From Chitinophagales bacterium (GTDB lineage Bacteria > Bacteroidota > Bacteroidia > Chitinophagales > Chitinophagaceae), in NCBI GenBank assembly GCA_038327005.1, contig JBBQKO010000001.1, positions 1-56,348 of the forward strand: DNA of 56,348 bases. The letters are read 5' to 3'. Below are positions 10,566 through 21,610 of the stretch, in pieces. A program made the position numbers and the translations under genes. How positions within the stretch are numbered: the first letter of the stretch is position 1; each line of letters begins with the position of its first letter. Under the pieces are notes generated by a model, which saw only the letters and a program-made list of their open reading frames with translations, did no database searches and was not told where the DNA came from.

Positions 10566-11795
10566 TTATCTAAACTGGATTGCCTTTACCGGTTGAATTT
10601 TCTTAACAAGCATAGTTGGGATAATGAGGGTGGCAAAGCAAATTCCCAATGTAATTACATCCACTAAAAGAACCTGCCACCAAATCACTTCCGCATGAGC
10701 TGCACGCATATAATAGGCTTCTTCATCCAGTTTAATGAAACCGGTTTTTTCCTGCACCCAGCAAATAAGCAGGCCGAGGATGGTGCCTAGTATAATACCG
10801 GTTATGGCGATGAGTGCGGTATTATATAAAAATATTTTTTGAACATCCCAATCGCTGGCGCCAATGGCTTTCAGAATGCCGGTCATTTTAGTTCTTTCCA
10901 GTACAATGATCAGCAGACAGGTTACCAGGTTTACGATTGCCACTACCATCATGATGCCAACCAATATCAGTTTGATGTCATTCTGTAATCCGAGCCAGTC
11001 AAAAATGTTTGGATAAATTTCTTTGATAGTTTTACTGTTCCAACCGGTTGGCGTTTCTTCCTTTATGAGTTGGGCTATGGTATCCACTTGTTTATAATCC
11101 TTTAAAAATATTTCGTAGCCACCAATCTGACCAGGTTGCCAATCGTTAAACCGCCGGATCAGGTTGATATCGCATATACCAAATTGCTTGTCATATTCGT
11201 CAATGGACGTTTTAAAAAGGCCAGCAATTTTTAATTTCCTTGCCCGCTTGCTGCCATCCTGCTGTATAAAAAATGCCAGCAGCGTGTCATTCACTTTCAC
11301 ATTTAGCTGGTTGGCTATGTATATTGAAACATTTATTTCTTTACTGTATCCACTATCTGTAAAGGATACCCATTTGCCTTCTTGTAAAAATGGATCAAGC
11401 CGGGTGTAATCGAACGAAGAATCAATTCCTTTAACGAGGATGCTTTCAATATCTGTTCCATAGGTGAGGATGACCGATTTGGTAGCATATCGTTCAACTG
11501 ATTTTACGCCGGGTATTTTGCGAATGATATTTTCTACAGTATCATTTTTTGTTATTGGGTATTCTTCTGCAATGCTTACCCTGCTCTCTATATCCTGCTG
11601 CACCCGGATATGTCCCCAAAAGCTAAACACTTTATTGCTGATTACTTGCTGAAATCCATTTACAAAACTCAACGCAACAATCATCACTGCCACACTGATG
11701 GCAGTAGCCCCAATAGCCAGCCGGATAATAAAACGGGAAAAAGTATTTTCTTTATTGAAAGCAATTCTTTTTGCAATAAAAGCGGAAATATTCAA
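10566..11795 (-). CDS. LolC/LolE (FtsX-like) ABC permease
   Basis: N-terminal TM, periplasmic domain, [15 protein letters not shown]-terminal PVKAIQFR. Confidence 0.88.
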   Translation of the reverse strand: MNISAFIAKRIAFNKENTFSRFIIRLAIGATAISVAVMIVALSFVNGFQQVISNKVFSFWGHIRVQQDIESRVSIAEEYPITKNDTVENIIRKIPGVKSVERYATKSVILTYGTDIESILVKGIDSSFDYTRLDPFLQEGKWVSFTDSGYSKEINVSIYIANQLNVKVNDTLLAFFIQQDGSKRARKLKIAGLFKTSIDEYDKQFGICDINLIRRFNDWQPGQIGGYEIFLKDYKQVDTIAQLIKEETPTGWNSKTIKEIYPNIFDWLGLQNDIKLILVGIMMVVAIVNLVTCLLIIVLERTKMTGILKAIGASDWDVQKIFLYNTALIAITGIILGTILGLLICWVQEKTGFIKLDEEAYYMRAAHAEVIWWQVLLVDVITLGICFATLIIPTMLVKKIQPVKAIQFR

Positions 11796-11842
11796 TCGGC
11801 ATAATTTTAGTATCTTTCAAAAGTAAATATTTTCATCGCTAC

Positions 11843-13132
11843 ATGCATCTTTTAAAATCTTTTCTACCAGCCACGTATATATTGCTGATGTCATTTGCTT
11901 CGCTTGCGCAAACAAATCCTGAGGCTATTTATAAAAGCAATATTAAATCGGTACGCTTTCATATTTATGGCGATCAGGAAGCATTGCCGGTTTATAAACT
12001 CAATAGCAGTGATCGTTTGGAGCTGCATTTTGATGATTTGGATGCCAATGTCAAAAGCTATTTTTACACCTACCAGTTGTGTGATTATGATTGGAAACCC
12101 GTTCGCTTAAGTCCTTTTGATTATATCAAAGGCTTTACCCAGTTGCGTATTTCAAATTATCGCTATTCATCCATCGCCTTTACCCGATACACACATTACC
12201 AGGCAATTTTACCCGAGACTAACAGTCTGCCTACCCGCAGTGGAAATTATTTGCTAAAAGTTTTTGTGGATGGCGATACTTCTAAACTGGCTTTCACAAG
12301 GGCATTGCTGGTTTTGGATCCCAAGTCATCTATTATGGCGCAATTCATTCAACCTTTTACGCCCCAGTTTTTTAAAACACACCAACGGTTAAAATTTACA
12401 GTCAACCTTACAGGCTTAAATGCATTTAGTGCCAACCAGCAGGTGAAAGTAGTAGTGTTACAAAACAATCGTTGGGATAATGCACAGGGAAACCTGCCGC
12501 CCACCTTTGTAAGGGGCAGTGCGCTTGAATACAATACAGAGGATCATTTTGTTTTTCCGGCTGGTAAGGAATGGCGCTGGCTCGACCTTAGAAGCTTGCG
12601 CCTTCAAAGTGAACGGGTAGAGAAGGCCGATTATTTAAAGAATGCCACCAAGGTATATGTGAAGCCGGATATCGACCGGACCAATCAAAAATATGTGTAC
12701 TTCCAGGATCTGAATGGGTTATACCTGGCAACAACGTATGAATCTATCAATCCATATTGGCAGGGTGATTATGCAACAGTGCAGTTTAGTTATGTAACAC
12801 CAGACAGGGCTGAGTATCCCGGAAAAAATTTATACCTGTTTGGACAATTGACAGATTATAAATTAAATGAAGCTGCCAAAATGCAGTTCAACGCTGAAAA
12901 AGGACAATATGAAACGATGCAGTTTTTAAAACAGGGTTACTACAGTTACGGATACATGCTGGTAGATAAAAATGATCCGAAACAGAAAACAGAGCTGGAG
13001 GGTAATTATTGGGAAACCGAAAATAGCTATACGATTTTAGTGTATTATAAATCATTTACAGATCAGTCGGACCAGTTGATTGGCGTTTCAAAACTAAATA
13101 CCCGAAGCGACCGGCCAGGGTTTAGTTTTTAA
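11843..13132 (+). CDS. DUF5103 protein (type IX secretion plug-type)
   Basis: L.FDDL, T.YTHY, SGNY, QN.RWDNA, LKQGYYSY.Y, EGNYWETENSY motifs typical of DUF5103. Confidence 0.8.
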   Translation: MHLLKSFLPATYILLMSFASLAQTNPEAIYKSNIKSVRFHIYGDQEALPVYKLNSSDRLELHFDDLDANVKSYFYTYQLCDYDWKPVRLSPFDYIKGFTQLRISNYRYSSIAFTRYTHYQAILPETNSLPTRSGNYLLKVFVDGDTSKLAFTRALLVLDPKSSIMAQFIQPFTPQFFKTHQRLKFTVNLTGLNAFSANQQVKVVVLQNNRWDNAQGNLPPTFVRGSALEYNTEDHFVFPAGKEWRWLDLRSLRLQSERVEKADYLKNATKVYVKPDIDRTNQKYVYFQDLNGLYLATTYESINPYWQGDYATVQFSYVTPDRAEYPGKNLYLFGQLTDYKLNEAAKMQFNAEKGQYETMQFLKQGYYSYGYMLVDKNDPKQKTELEGNYWETENSYTILVYYKSFTDQSDQLIGVSKLNTRSDRPGFSF

Positions 13133-13401
13133 CTACCAATAATTTTTTTTATCAAATGAATGATAAAAAATCAGCAGTACAAAAGGTTATCTCAATAGTG
13201 ACCTGCAGCGAATATTTTAAAATCGTATTTGCCAGTTGTTGTGAATAATCATCTTTTGGTATGTTTGGAAATTAGGTTGAAATGCTTCTTCAGCTTGCTT
13301 TCTGTAGAATATTGAATTGATCAATGAAAAGAGTTTGTAGTGTAATTTTATTTTTTCATTAGAAAAATAAAATTTTATGGAGGCTTTTAAAATCGCTGCC
13401 T

Positions 13402-13409
13402 TATATTTG
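13402..13409 (+). promoter_or_regulatory. Bacteroidota -7 promoter element for SRP RNA
   Basis: TATATTTG 4 nt upstream of the SRP 5' stem. Confidence 0.75.
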
Positions 13410-13413
13410 CACC

Positions 13414-13507
13414 GGCAAGTCTTATACGGCCAGCTCCTGTTGAACTCCCCCAGGACCGGAAGGTAGCAAGGGTAAATGGTTGAGCGGTGCGATGTAAGTA
13501 ACTTGCC
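13414..13507 (+). ncRNA. ffs: Signal recognition particle RNA (small bacterial type)
   Basis: Conserved CAGGACCGGAAGGTAGCA helix-8 motif; terminal stem GGCAAGT/ACTTGCC. Confidence 0.92.
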
Positions 13508-13551
13508 ATTTTTATGTCCGGTATTTTCTGATTACCCAAATCTTCTTAGTT

Positions 13552-13965
13552 TCAATTACGGCTTCCTTTCTTTTTCGATTTCCCGTTGTTATTGATTTCG
13601 TTCATAATTTCATCCGACGTTTTCAACCGCTCATTATCCGGCTTTTTCTTGATATAAATATCAAATTGCTTGCAGAGTGACGGGTTGCTACGTAGTATTA
13701 CTTTTATATTTATGCTGTCGTCTTTAAAATTAGGGTCTACCCATAAACTGTTGCCCTTAAAGGTGCCGGCGGAGGCTTGAAAAATTAAATGGGTACTATC
13801 AAGGGGCAAATAGCTTCCATTGGATAAAAGGCCATCAATGTTGATATAATTGAATGTGCCTTTCTTTAAGCTGTCTGTGTATAAATTAACGTAAATGTTT
13901 TCAATCTTTTGTGCCTGTGCTGTTGCAGCAGATGAAATGAGCAAAATAAGTATCAATTTTTTCAA
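13552..13965 (-). CDS. Exported hypothetical protein
   Basis: Signal peptide MKKLILILLISSAATAQAQ; 137-aa ORF. Confidence 0.7.
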   Translation of the reverse strand: MKKLILILLISSAATAQAQKIENIYVNLYTDSLKKGTFNYINIDGLLSNGSYLPLDSTHLIFQASAGTFKGNSLWVDPNFKDDSINIKVILRSNPSLCKQFDIYIKKKPDNERLKTSDEIMNEINNNGKSKKKGSRN

Positions 13966-14074
13966 GCTGTAAGTTTTTTAAACAAATGAAAATATTGTGC
14001 CAAAGCAGCAGGTGCAAACGGTGGCAGTAAGAATTGGATTTTATTTATGACTGCTATCCAACAGGTGCTCGTAT

Positions 14075-14647
14075 TTATGATTTCTTATCTTCCCGGAATT
14101 CATCGGTAAAATGCTCCCTATGTTTTGGTGCTGCAAATTTGGTTGCGTTGTATGCTGTTGAATTTCCTTTAGGTATAGACAAGGATTTCCATGGATCATC
14201 GCAAATCATTTTTGCAATAAACACCATCTGTCCAATATGATAAGGATAATGTGCCAGTTGGCGGTTGATGGCTTCTAACACGGTATGCCCCATATTTCGG
14301 ATAAAGATTTCTTTGTCAAGATCTGCTGTGGTCAATGGTTCTATCGCATCAAAAAGACATTTCCATCCTTCGTTCCATTTGTCCATCAGTTCTTCTTTGC
14401 TATGCAGGTCGTTGTCAAACTCTGCCTCTCTGTTGCGCCATTCTTTTTCGCCATCAGTGGTTAAAAAATTGGTCCAGCGGGAAAGCATATTTCCCCAAAG
14501 ATGTTTTACAATGGAGGCAATACTGTTACTTTCGGGATTATACTGCCAGAATAATTTTTCCGCCGGTAATTGTGCCATGGCTTTTTCACCCAGCATTTTA
14601 TAATACTCCAATTGTTTTTTTACACTTTCCAGGTAATCGTTGGTCAT
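14075..14647 (-). CDS. DUF1572 (DinB/YfiT superfamily) protein
   Basis: NSIA.IVKHL.GNMLSRWTNFLTTDGEK.WRNR..EF and HYPYHIGQ. Confidence 0.9.
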   Translation of the reverse strand: MTNDYLESVKKQLEYYKMLGEKAMAQLPAEKLFWQYNPESNSIASIVKHLWGNMLSRWTNFLTTDGEKEWRNREAEFDNDLHSKEELMDKWNEGWKCLFDAIEPLTTADLDKEIFIRNMGHTVLEAINRQLAHYPYHIGQMVFIAKMICDDPWKSLSIPKGNSTAYNATKFAAPKHREHFTDEFREDKKS

Positions 14648-14658
14648 TGCTGCAAGTT

Positions 14659-15650
14659 TTATTTAATCAATAGAGTGTTTTTTTTCACCCCGGAATTGGT
14701 AATTACCACCGGCTTTATCAAACTTTTTTTATCAAAATACATTTTGTCGATACAAGTCACTCTTGAGTTGCCATCCGTTTCAGTCAATGGTCTGCGGTGA
14801 TAAATAATATACCAGTCATCGGTTGCAGGAACGTTGATCACGGAATGATGACCGGCTCCTGTTGCAATGGCCGGACACTGTTGCAATATCTTAATGATTT
14901 TTTAAATAGCCAAAAGGGAGAATCTGCTATTGCTTATGCTAATCAGTAATCGGGTCCTGTCAAACCACCTTCCGACCACATGAAATAATATTTATCATGC
15001 CTTATAAATATCATCTGCCCTTCCAAATATCCTTCCGGGGTATTCTTCTTTAAATTGGGCCCATTATCAAAAGGTATAAAACCGGTAAAATCATTGTTGA
15101 GACGGGCAATATTGCAGTGCCTCCGTCCGCCACACAACAAGTAATATTTGTCATCGGCATCTTTAAAAACAAACTGGTCGATGGGCTGTGCGCCATTGTA
15201 AAATTTATCTATCAGTGGCTTACCTAAATAATCTCTAAACGGTCCTCCGGGATGATCGGACACTGCAACGCCGATACCGCCTTTCTCCTGGTCATTTTGA
15301 ATATCGTTGGCACCAAAAAAGAAAAAGTATTAATTGTCTTTTTTAATAACTGACGGAGCCCACATGGCTCGGTTGGCCCATTTAATGTTAGCAGTGTCTG
15401 TGATGTGTTGATGTTTTGTCCAGGTTACCAAATCGGGCGAAGAAAACGCATCAAAATAAACCTGTTGATTGTAAGGTGCAGAGTAGGTGGGGTAAATCCA
15501 GTAATGGTTATCAAATACGGCTCCCTCAGGATCGGCATACCAGCCCGGAAAAACAGGATTGCCTGATTTGTTTTCGGATGATTTTATTTGAGCAACAACA
15601 TTGCAGACAATCATTAGTGCAATGCAAAATAGCAAATTTATTTTTTTCAT
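14659..15650 (-). pseudogene. GH43 glycoside hydrolase pseudogene
   Basis: WYADP, MWAPS, QPID, GAGHHSV motifs across three fragments; in-frame TAA at 15330, further stops near 14943 and 14934, and a frameshift. Confidence 0.88.
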
Positions 15651-15991
15651 TTTTCAGGTTGTCAGTGTATTAATATGATTGATTGACCGGGTTAAATTAT
15701 TTCTTACAAATATACTGTTACCAAAAGTACTGGCACGATGTATGACCAGCTTTTTAGATTCTTTGTGTTCAAAAATAACGATACCTTCCTGCAATTTAAA
15801 ACGCAGCGATGCTACGGGACGTATTTTAAATTTCCTCACAGCGCTGCCTGCATGGTCAACAGCCGCTCACAATTAGTAGTATGGTTCTTTAGGGTTGGCA
15901 ACCTTTCGTTTCTTTTAAACCCACCTTTTTTGAAAGTTACCCATGCCATGTTGCAGGTAGTCAATATTTATTTCTACCCTACATTTGCAGT

Positions 15992-16339
15992 ATGGAAAAA
16001 TTAAGTAAAAAAAAGCGATTTATCCAAGACGCAGACATCGAATTGGATAACCTCGGCGAAGGTATTAGCAGGAAAATAATTGCGTATGATGAAAGCCTGA
16101 TGCTCGTAAAAGTGATTTTTGAAAAGGGATCGGTTGGGGCAGTTCACCAACATTACCATACCCAGATTTCTTATGTAGAAAAAGGGGCTTTTGAAGTAAA
16201 TATAGATGGTGAAAAAAGAGTATTGGGAATCGGTAGTTCATTTTATGTACCACCCAACACACCCCATGGAGTTTACTGCCTTGAAGAAGGTGTATTGTTG
16301 GATATGTTTTCTCCATTGCGGGAAGATTTCATAAAGTGA
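15992..16339 (+). CDS. kdgF: Cupin domain protein, KdgF-like
   Basis: H.H.H.Q cupin motif 1, P.NTPHGV, LLD.FSP.REDF. Confidence 0.75.
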   Translation: MEKLSKKKRFIQDADIELDNLGEGISRKIIAYDESLMLVKVIFEKGSVGAVHQHYHTQISYVEKGAFEVNIDGEKRVLGIGSSFYVPPNTPHGVYCLEEGVLLDMFSPLREDFIK

Positions 16340-16351
16340 TTTGCTTTGTTT

Positions 16352-17441
16352 TCAGGATATCTTTTCACACCAAGCTCCAAATTCGTTCTTGCCGTTAAGT
16401 AATACCGTTTCTCCGATCATCGGCATAATGACAAACTAATTTTTTATCTTCCCAAATGCAGCAACTGCTTTTATCGGATCGTCCCAGGCATGATTGGCCA
16501 ATGAAAATTTAGCCCAGTGTACTGGAAGCAATGTAGTTGCTTTTAAATCGCCTGCTGTCGCAATGATCTCTTCCGGCATCATGTGGATGTACTTCCAGCT
16601 CTTGTCATACTGTTCACATTCCAGTATAGCAAGGGCAAATGGGCCATATTTATTTCCAATGGCTGCAAAATGAGTGTCATAGCCACTATTTCCTCCCAGA
16701 AATATTTTCATGGTAGGCGTTTTTAAAACAAAGGACATCCACAAAGCTGTATTTCTTTTGAAATCCCTGTCGGAAAAATGTCGGGCAGGGGTAAAGTTTA
16801 TAGTAAAGCCATCGTCCAATATAACTTCATCTTCCCAGTCTCTCTCAACCAACTGGTTGGGATGAAAACCCCCATGCTGTAGTTGTTGGCCGGTACCAAG
16901 CCCACAAATGATTTTATTAATCTCTGGTTTTAATTGTTTGATGGTTGCGTAATCCAAATGATCCCAGTGGTTGTGCGAAATAAAAAGATAATCTATCTCG
17001 GGTATGTCGGCAGTGGTATAAATGTCACTGCCTTTAAAACTGCGAATAGCCCCCTTAATCGGGCTTACGGCACCACTTAACACGGGATATACTAAAATTT
17101 TCTTGCCATCTATGTGGATGAAATAAGAAGAATGTCCAAACCACACCAACACATCCTGATCTGCGGAAAGGGTTAGCAGATTGGTTTTTTTGAGGGGATT
17201 GTTTCAATAGGCTTACCACGTTTGCGTTTGGAAAAGATAAACTCCTTTAAAACGGCACAATAATTTACGCTTTCTGTACGGTCGGGCGTGTGGCTTAGAT
17301 TTTGAAATTTGCCTCTTTAAAGTTGGAAGATTTTTTAATCCGATCCAGTCTTTCTCCTGAGGGCGTTTTACCAAACATATCCTGTTGTATAAATAAAATT
17401 ACAAACAGGATAAAGGCAAGAAAAACATATACAATGATCAT
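16352..17441 (-). pseudogene. MBL-fold metallohydrolase (RomA/NAPE-PLD-like) pseudogene
   Basis: WFGHSS, SHNHWDHLD, PVHW motifs; N-terminus from ATG 17441 broken by two frameshifts; premature stop at 16436. Confidence 0.85.
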
Positions 17442-17841
17442 GAATAGGTGGTTTGATAGGTTGATTCATTATCAACTAAAATGTTAGAAATTGTGTTCAC
17501 AGAGTATCTTTTTAATTTAAGAAGTGGTTATTAAATGTGCTCAATAGGATGGCTTTTTGGCTGATTCTTATGGCGCCCTTCGTGTTAGATTTTGAGTTGA
17601 AATATTAAATTTAAGTTGCTCACCCATAAGCAGAGGTTTGTACCAAGGATTTATTGTTAAGAAATAGTAGATTTTTATCGGGCATTTTTCAAACACACCA
17701 TTATATTGCACTTACGAGTACCCTTTCAGTTATTTGAAGTAATATGGCGGTACTTTTTTTCTTTGAATGCACAACTCAATGTTTAAACAACGTATATTTG
17801 CCTTTCAATTTTATTTATATCCGGTAAAGTAATTCAAGTAA

Positions 17842-18306
17842 ATGGAAGCAGTTAAGAAGAAAGGCAGTTCGGTTCTAAAAAAAGCACTAGTAGTAATTTC
17901 CGTTTTGTTGGTGGTAGGTGGTGGCGCAATCTGGTATATTTTTAATTTGAAATTTTCAGACACTACAGAAATAAAGGCAGATTATACGGTGAATGCATTA
18001 GCCCTAATTCACGAGTTTGAAAAGAATGATAGTTTATCCAACAGGAAGTATTCGGAAAAGATTATAGTGGTAAATGGAATGGTGTCTGAAGTGGAGGCCG
18101 CTGATACAACCGTAAATATAAAAATGGCCGATTCAACCTCCGGTTCCTATATTATTTTTGCCTTTCAACAACAGCATCTTGCTGAGGCAAAAAGTATTAA
18201 GCAGGGAGACGAGGTTTCGATCAAAGGCTCCTGTAGTGGTGGAGCTTACAGCGAAATTCTGGAAACGGAGTTTATTACATTTAAAAGATGTGTAATCAAT
18301 AAATAA
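17842..18306 (+). CDS. OB-fold protein (tRNA_anti-like)
   Basis: TM anchor, KY..K.I.V.G.V, GD.V.IKG.CSG; TATATTTG promoter at 17793. Confidence 0.75.
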   Translation: MEAVKKKGSSVLKKALVVISVLLVVGGGAIWYIFNLKFSDTTEIKADYTVNALALIHEFEKNDSLSNRKYSEKIIVVNGMVSEVEAADTTVNIKMADSTSGSYIIFAFQQQHLAEAKSIKQGDEVSIKGSCSGGAYSEILETEFITFKRCVINK

Positions 18307-18327
18307 AAAAATAAAAAATCTTAACAA

Positions 18328-18873
18328 ATGAAAAAAACAATTCTATTCTTTGCTTTGGTAGCAGCAACGGGATCTATTTTTGCCCAAAAGAAAACAACTA
18401 CATCCGGTATCATTAGTTTTGATGCCACTACCAGCAAAGACGCTTTGCCAAAAGCAGAAAACAAAACCGTAATTGCTGCCATTGATGCCAAAAAGGGAAC
18501 CATTGCATTTGAAGCGATTGTGAAAAACTTTGCTTTTAGCAATCCAAAAATGCAGGAGCATTTTAACGGTGCAACGTGGATGGATTCTGAAAAATTTCCC
18601 ACAGCTACTTTCAAAGGAAATATCACCAATCTGGCTTCAGTTGATTTCCAAAAAGATGGTACCTATAATGCAGAAGTTGCAGGAGATTTAACCATTCATG
18701 GAGTTACAAAGCCAGTAAAAACTACCGGTAAAATTATTGTAGCTGGTAAATCCATTTCTACAAATGCTGACTTTTCAATTAAGTTGGAAGATTATGGCGT
18801 AAATGGTCCTGCAATTGGTGCAGGAAAGGTTGCAACTGAACCAAAAATTTCTGTATCTGCAGATTTACAATAA
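18328..18873 (+). CDS. YceI family protein
   Basis: Signal peptide, F.F..MQEHFN, DS.KFP.ATF, GDLTIHGVTK. Confidence 0.92.
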   Translation: MKKTILFFALVAATGSIFAQKKTTTSGIISFDATTSKDALPKAENKTVIAAIDAKKGTIAFEAIVKNFAFSNPKMQEHFNGATWMDSEKFPTATFKGNITNLASVDFQKDGTYNAEVAGDLTIHGVTKPVKTTGKIIVAGKSISTNADFSIKLEDYGVNGPAIGAGKVATEPKISVSADLQ

Positions 18874-18896
18874 GCAAAATAAAAGAATAAAATAAA

Positions 18897-18928
18897 AAAA
18901 GCTTTTGCCCAAACGGGCAGAAGCTTTT
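18897..18928. terminator. Intrinsic terminator after yceI-family gene
   Basis: AAAAGCTTTTGCCC-AAAC-GGGCAGAAGCTTTT hairpin. Confidence 0.7.
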
Positions 18929-19087
18929 CTATTGTTTGAAACTATTAAGCATTTGCTGTTGGAGGTGTTTTTAAAAGCCCCGCAGACTATGTTCAACCGG
19001 AAAGGTTGTAAATGTTTAATAACGTAAAGGAAGCTGGATTTGAAACCAGACTTTTGGTCAGCCTTTATATGAATGCGTTGTCGAAAA

Positions 19088-19522
19088 CTAAGCAGCAATT
19101 TTAAAATTAGGAAAGCTTAATAAAAAAGAATTTATCTTATTGCCGGTATTACTAACAGTGATTGCTCCATTCATTTTCATGGCAAGTATTTTTATTGCAT
19201 CAAGATTGAACGCTACGCTACCGTTCAAAATACCGCTATTTTCTTTAACTGTTACAAAAACAACATCATCATATTCCTTTGCTTCAATGCGAATACAACT
19301 ATGATTTGTATTGCTGACTACCGCACTCAGGAGCTGATTCAACAGGGTTGTTAATATGATTTCGTTGGTTTCAATTTGAAATTCGGATGATACCTCATTC
19401 ACGATAAAGCTATGTCGCTTTGCGGCGGTTAACCTTAGGTTACCTGCTGCCAGGTTTACCATTTTTTGTAAGCTTTTGGTTATTAAAACCGGTATAGGGC
19501 CACTTTGTATGCTGGTACTCAT
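19088..19522 (-). CDS. Hypothetical protein resembling a degenerate HATPase_c domain
   Basis: L..LL...V.N, I.I.AK, A.KMNG.I.V pattern; G-boxes missing. Confidence 0.5.
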   Translation of the reverse strand: MSTSIQSGPIPVLITKSLQKMVNLAAGNLRLTAAKRHSFIVNEVSSEFQIETNEIILTTLLNQLLSAVVSNTNHSCIRIEAKEYDDVVFVTVKENSGILNGSVAFNLDAIKILAMKMNGAITVSNTGNKINSFLLSFPNFKIAA

Positions 19523-19751
19523 TTTATTGTTTTTTAAAGATTAAAAAATCTGTTTTGATAAGGTGTTATTAATTGATTAAGCCATTGTTGTTTCCCATCG
19601 AACCATTAATGATTGATTTCAAAAGTAAAATAAATCTAATTTGCTTCGTTGGACTGTAGTTTAGATGCATCTTTTCTCATCCTGTTTTTATTCTTTTCTT
19701 GTAGTACTTTTTTGAGGGACACAAGGTTTTTGTGCGTTCTGCTGTAGGTGA

Positions 19752-20264
19752 TTAGATCACCAAAACTACCGTTAATGATGGATTGATTGATTCCTGTGTT
19801 GTTGAAGCCATGTCTACCTTGAGGATTGAAGTGAACACCTCTTTACCATTTACAAAAACACTTTTTAAACGATAGTATAAAGGATCGTTGTTTAAATTAT
19901 TAAAAGTAACGGTAGTTGAATAACTGTTGTTTTTCTTAGAAAAGCCTTTTGCCGCAATGGTTTCAATTGGCTCAAAGCGCTGTCCGTCAATACTATACTG
20001 TAGTTCAAAATGGCTGGTATTTGTTTCAGCCTTTGTTTGCCAACGAATCTGAAGCATATTGTTTGTAAGTGTGCTTTCCAGCATATTTCCGGATGCTCCT
20101 GTTTTTTCATACTGTAAATAATTTGGAAGTATAATTTCGTTGTCGTTGTAAATTCGTTTGGTGGGTTGCGTATTTTCAAACATCAATTTTTTAGTCTGTG
20201 CTTCTACAACAGATATTGATACTGATAACATAAATCCTAAAATAATTTTGTTGAATGCGTTCAT
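19752..20264 (-). CDS. Exported protein with Ig-like domain of the kind preceding T9SS CTDs
   Basis: Signal peptide from ATG 20264; W.T..E.N.SHFE...S.DG..F and YYRLK motifs; no recognisable CTD. Confidence 0.65.
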   Translation of the reverse strand: MNAFNKIILGFMLSVSISVVEAQTKKLMFENTQPTKRIYNDNEIILPNYLQYEKTGASGNMLESTLTNNMLQIRWQTKAETNTSHFELQYSIDGQRFEPIETIAAKGFSKKNNSYSTTVTFNNLNNDPLYYRLKSVFVNGKEVFTSILKVDMASTTQESINPSLTVVLVI

Positions 20265-20299
20265 GTTATTTTTTGTGGTGGTTAATTTTGTTTGGTAAT

Positions 20300-20315
20300 T
20301 GCAGTCATCGTGCCA
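20300..20315 (-). promoter_or_regulatory. sigma-54 (-24/-12) promoter
   Basis: TGGCACGATGACTGCA (GG-N10-GC) ~35 nt upstream of ATG 20264. Confidence 0.6.
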
Positions 20316-20674
20316 ATTCACGTAACCATTATCCAGTAAGGGTTACGTGAAAATTTGATGATACTGATTTCCATAAAGTGGACAAAAGTTTTATTATGTG
20401 TACAATTGGATGCTGTCCGGCGCAATTTCTAAATATCCCCTTTGATAATTGCTTTGTAATTTCAGCCAGTCTGGTTCAGGTATTTTCAAACACTTTCAAA
20501 ATAAATTTGTGGTAGTTCTTAAAATCTTTTTCCCTGCTAACACATCACATTTTTTGGAAAATTGAGCTACTGGTTATTTTTATTGATGTAAGTAACGGGC
20601 AATTTTTTGCAGTTAACCTGTTTTCGTTGGTAAAACCGTATATATTTGCGGCCTTACCAATTTTAAATGAAACA

Positions 20675-21478
20675 ATGTACAAAGCGGTTTTTTTAGACAT
20701 GGATGGCACTTTATTACGAAAGGATCATACTATTAGCGACGTTACCAAAAAGGCTATACAAGATCTGTTGAACAAGGGAATCATCATTGTACCCATTTCT
20801 GCCCGACCGCTACATGGCATACTACCCATCACGCAGAACGTGTTTCCTGAAAGCATTCCTGTTGTTAGTTTAAATGGCGGGTATATTTTGCACAATAAAG
20901 AAATAATTTGCCAGACTGATATTGCTTTATCAGAAGCAGCCCTTATTCACCATGAAGTAGAGAACTACGATGTGGCAGTAATGTATTATTGCCAGATGGA
21001 ATGGTACGCAACTGTAGACAGGACAGAAGTAAAAAAGGAACAACGGATAACCCAGGTTAAAATAAAAATTCAACCATTTGAGCATTCCATAAAGGAATGG
21101 CATGCTATCAAAAGCGGTCCTAATAAGATATTAATTGCAGGAGATAAGGAGCTAATTATTGATATTGAAAAAAGGTTGCTCGAATTGCATGAGGGCAAAT
21201 TCAATATTTATAAATCGCAGCCACGTTATCTTGAAATCATGAACCTCGAAGCGTCTAAAGCCGGAGCAGTTAAGTTTTTAGCAGCTAGGTATGGTATTCA
21301 GCAAAATGAAATCGTTGCCATTGGTGATAATTACAACGATAAGGGAATGATTGAATATGCCGGTATGGGTGTTGCAATGGGCAATGCTCCTGATGAAATA
21401 AAAGCTGCTGCCAACTATGTAACCGATACCAACAACAACGATGGCGTGGCAAAAGCGCTGGCGCATTTTTTTAAATAA
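20675..21478 (+). CDS. Cof-type HAD-IIB hydrolase
   Basis: DMDGTLL, SARP, GDNYND, MGNA; TATATTTG at 20641 supports start 20675. Confidence 0.93.
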   Translation: MYKAVFLDMDGTLLRKDHTISDVTKKAIQDLLNKGIIIVPISARPLHGILPITQNVFPESIPVVSLNGGYILHNKEIICQTDIALSEAALIHHEVENYDVAVMYYCQMEWYATVDRTEVKKEQRITQVKIKIQPFEHSIKEWHAIKSGPNKILIAGDKELIIDIEKRLLELHEGKFNIYKSQPRYLEIMNLEASKAGAVKFLAARYGIQQNEIVAIGDNYNDKGMIEYAGMGVAMGNAPDEIKAAANYVTDTNNNDGVAKALAHFFK

Positions 21479-21610
21479 TTTCAGGGAAAAAGTACAACCA
21501 CGTAAAAGGTCGTGCATTAAAGTTTTTTATCAGGCTGTTGGATTCCAACATGAAGATTTTTGCCTGAAAAATAAAGCCCCCTTCGCTACTGATCGATGCA
21601 TCGTTGCAAA

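Noticed and set aside
14659-15650. Stop-codon readthrough or alternative genetic code in the GH43 gene
   Set aside because: Both TAA and TGA stops plus a frameshift occur, and neighbouring genes use the standard code
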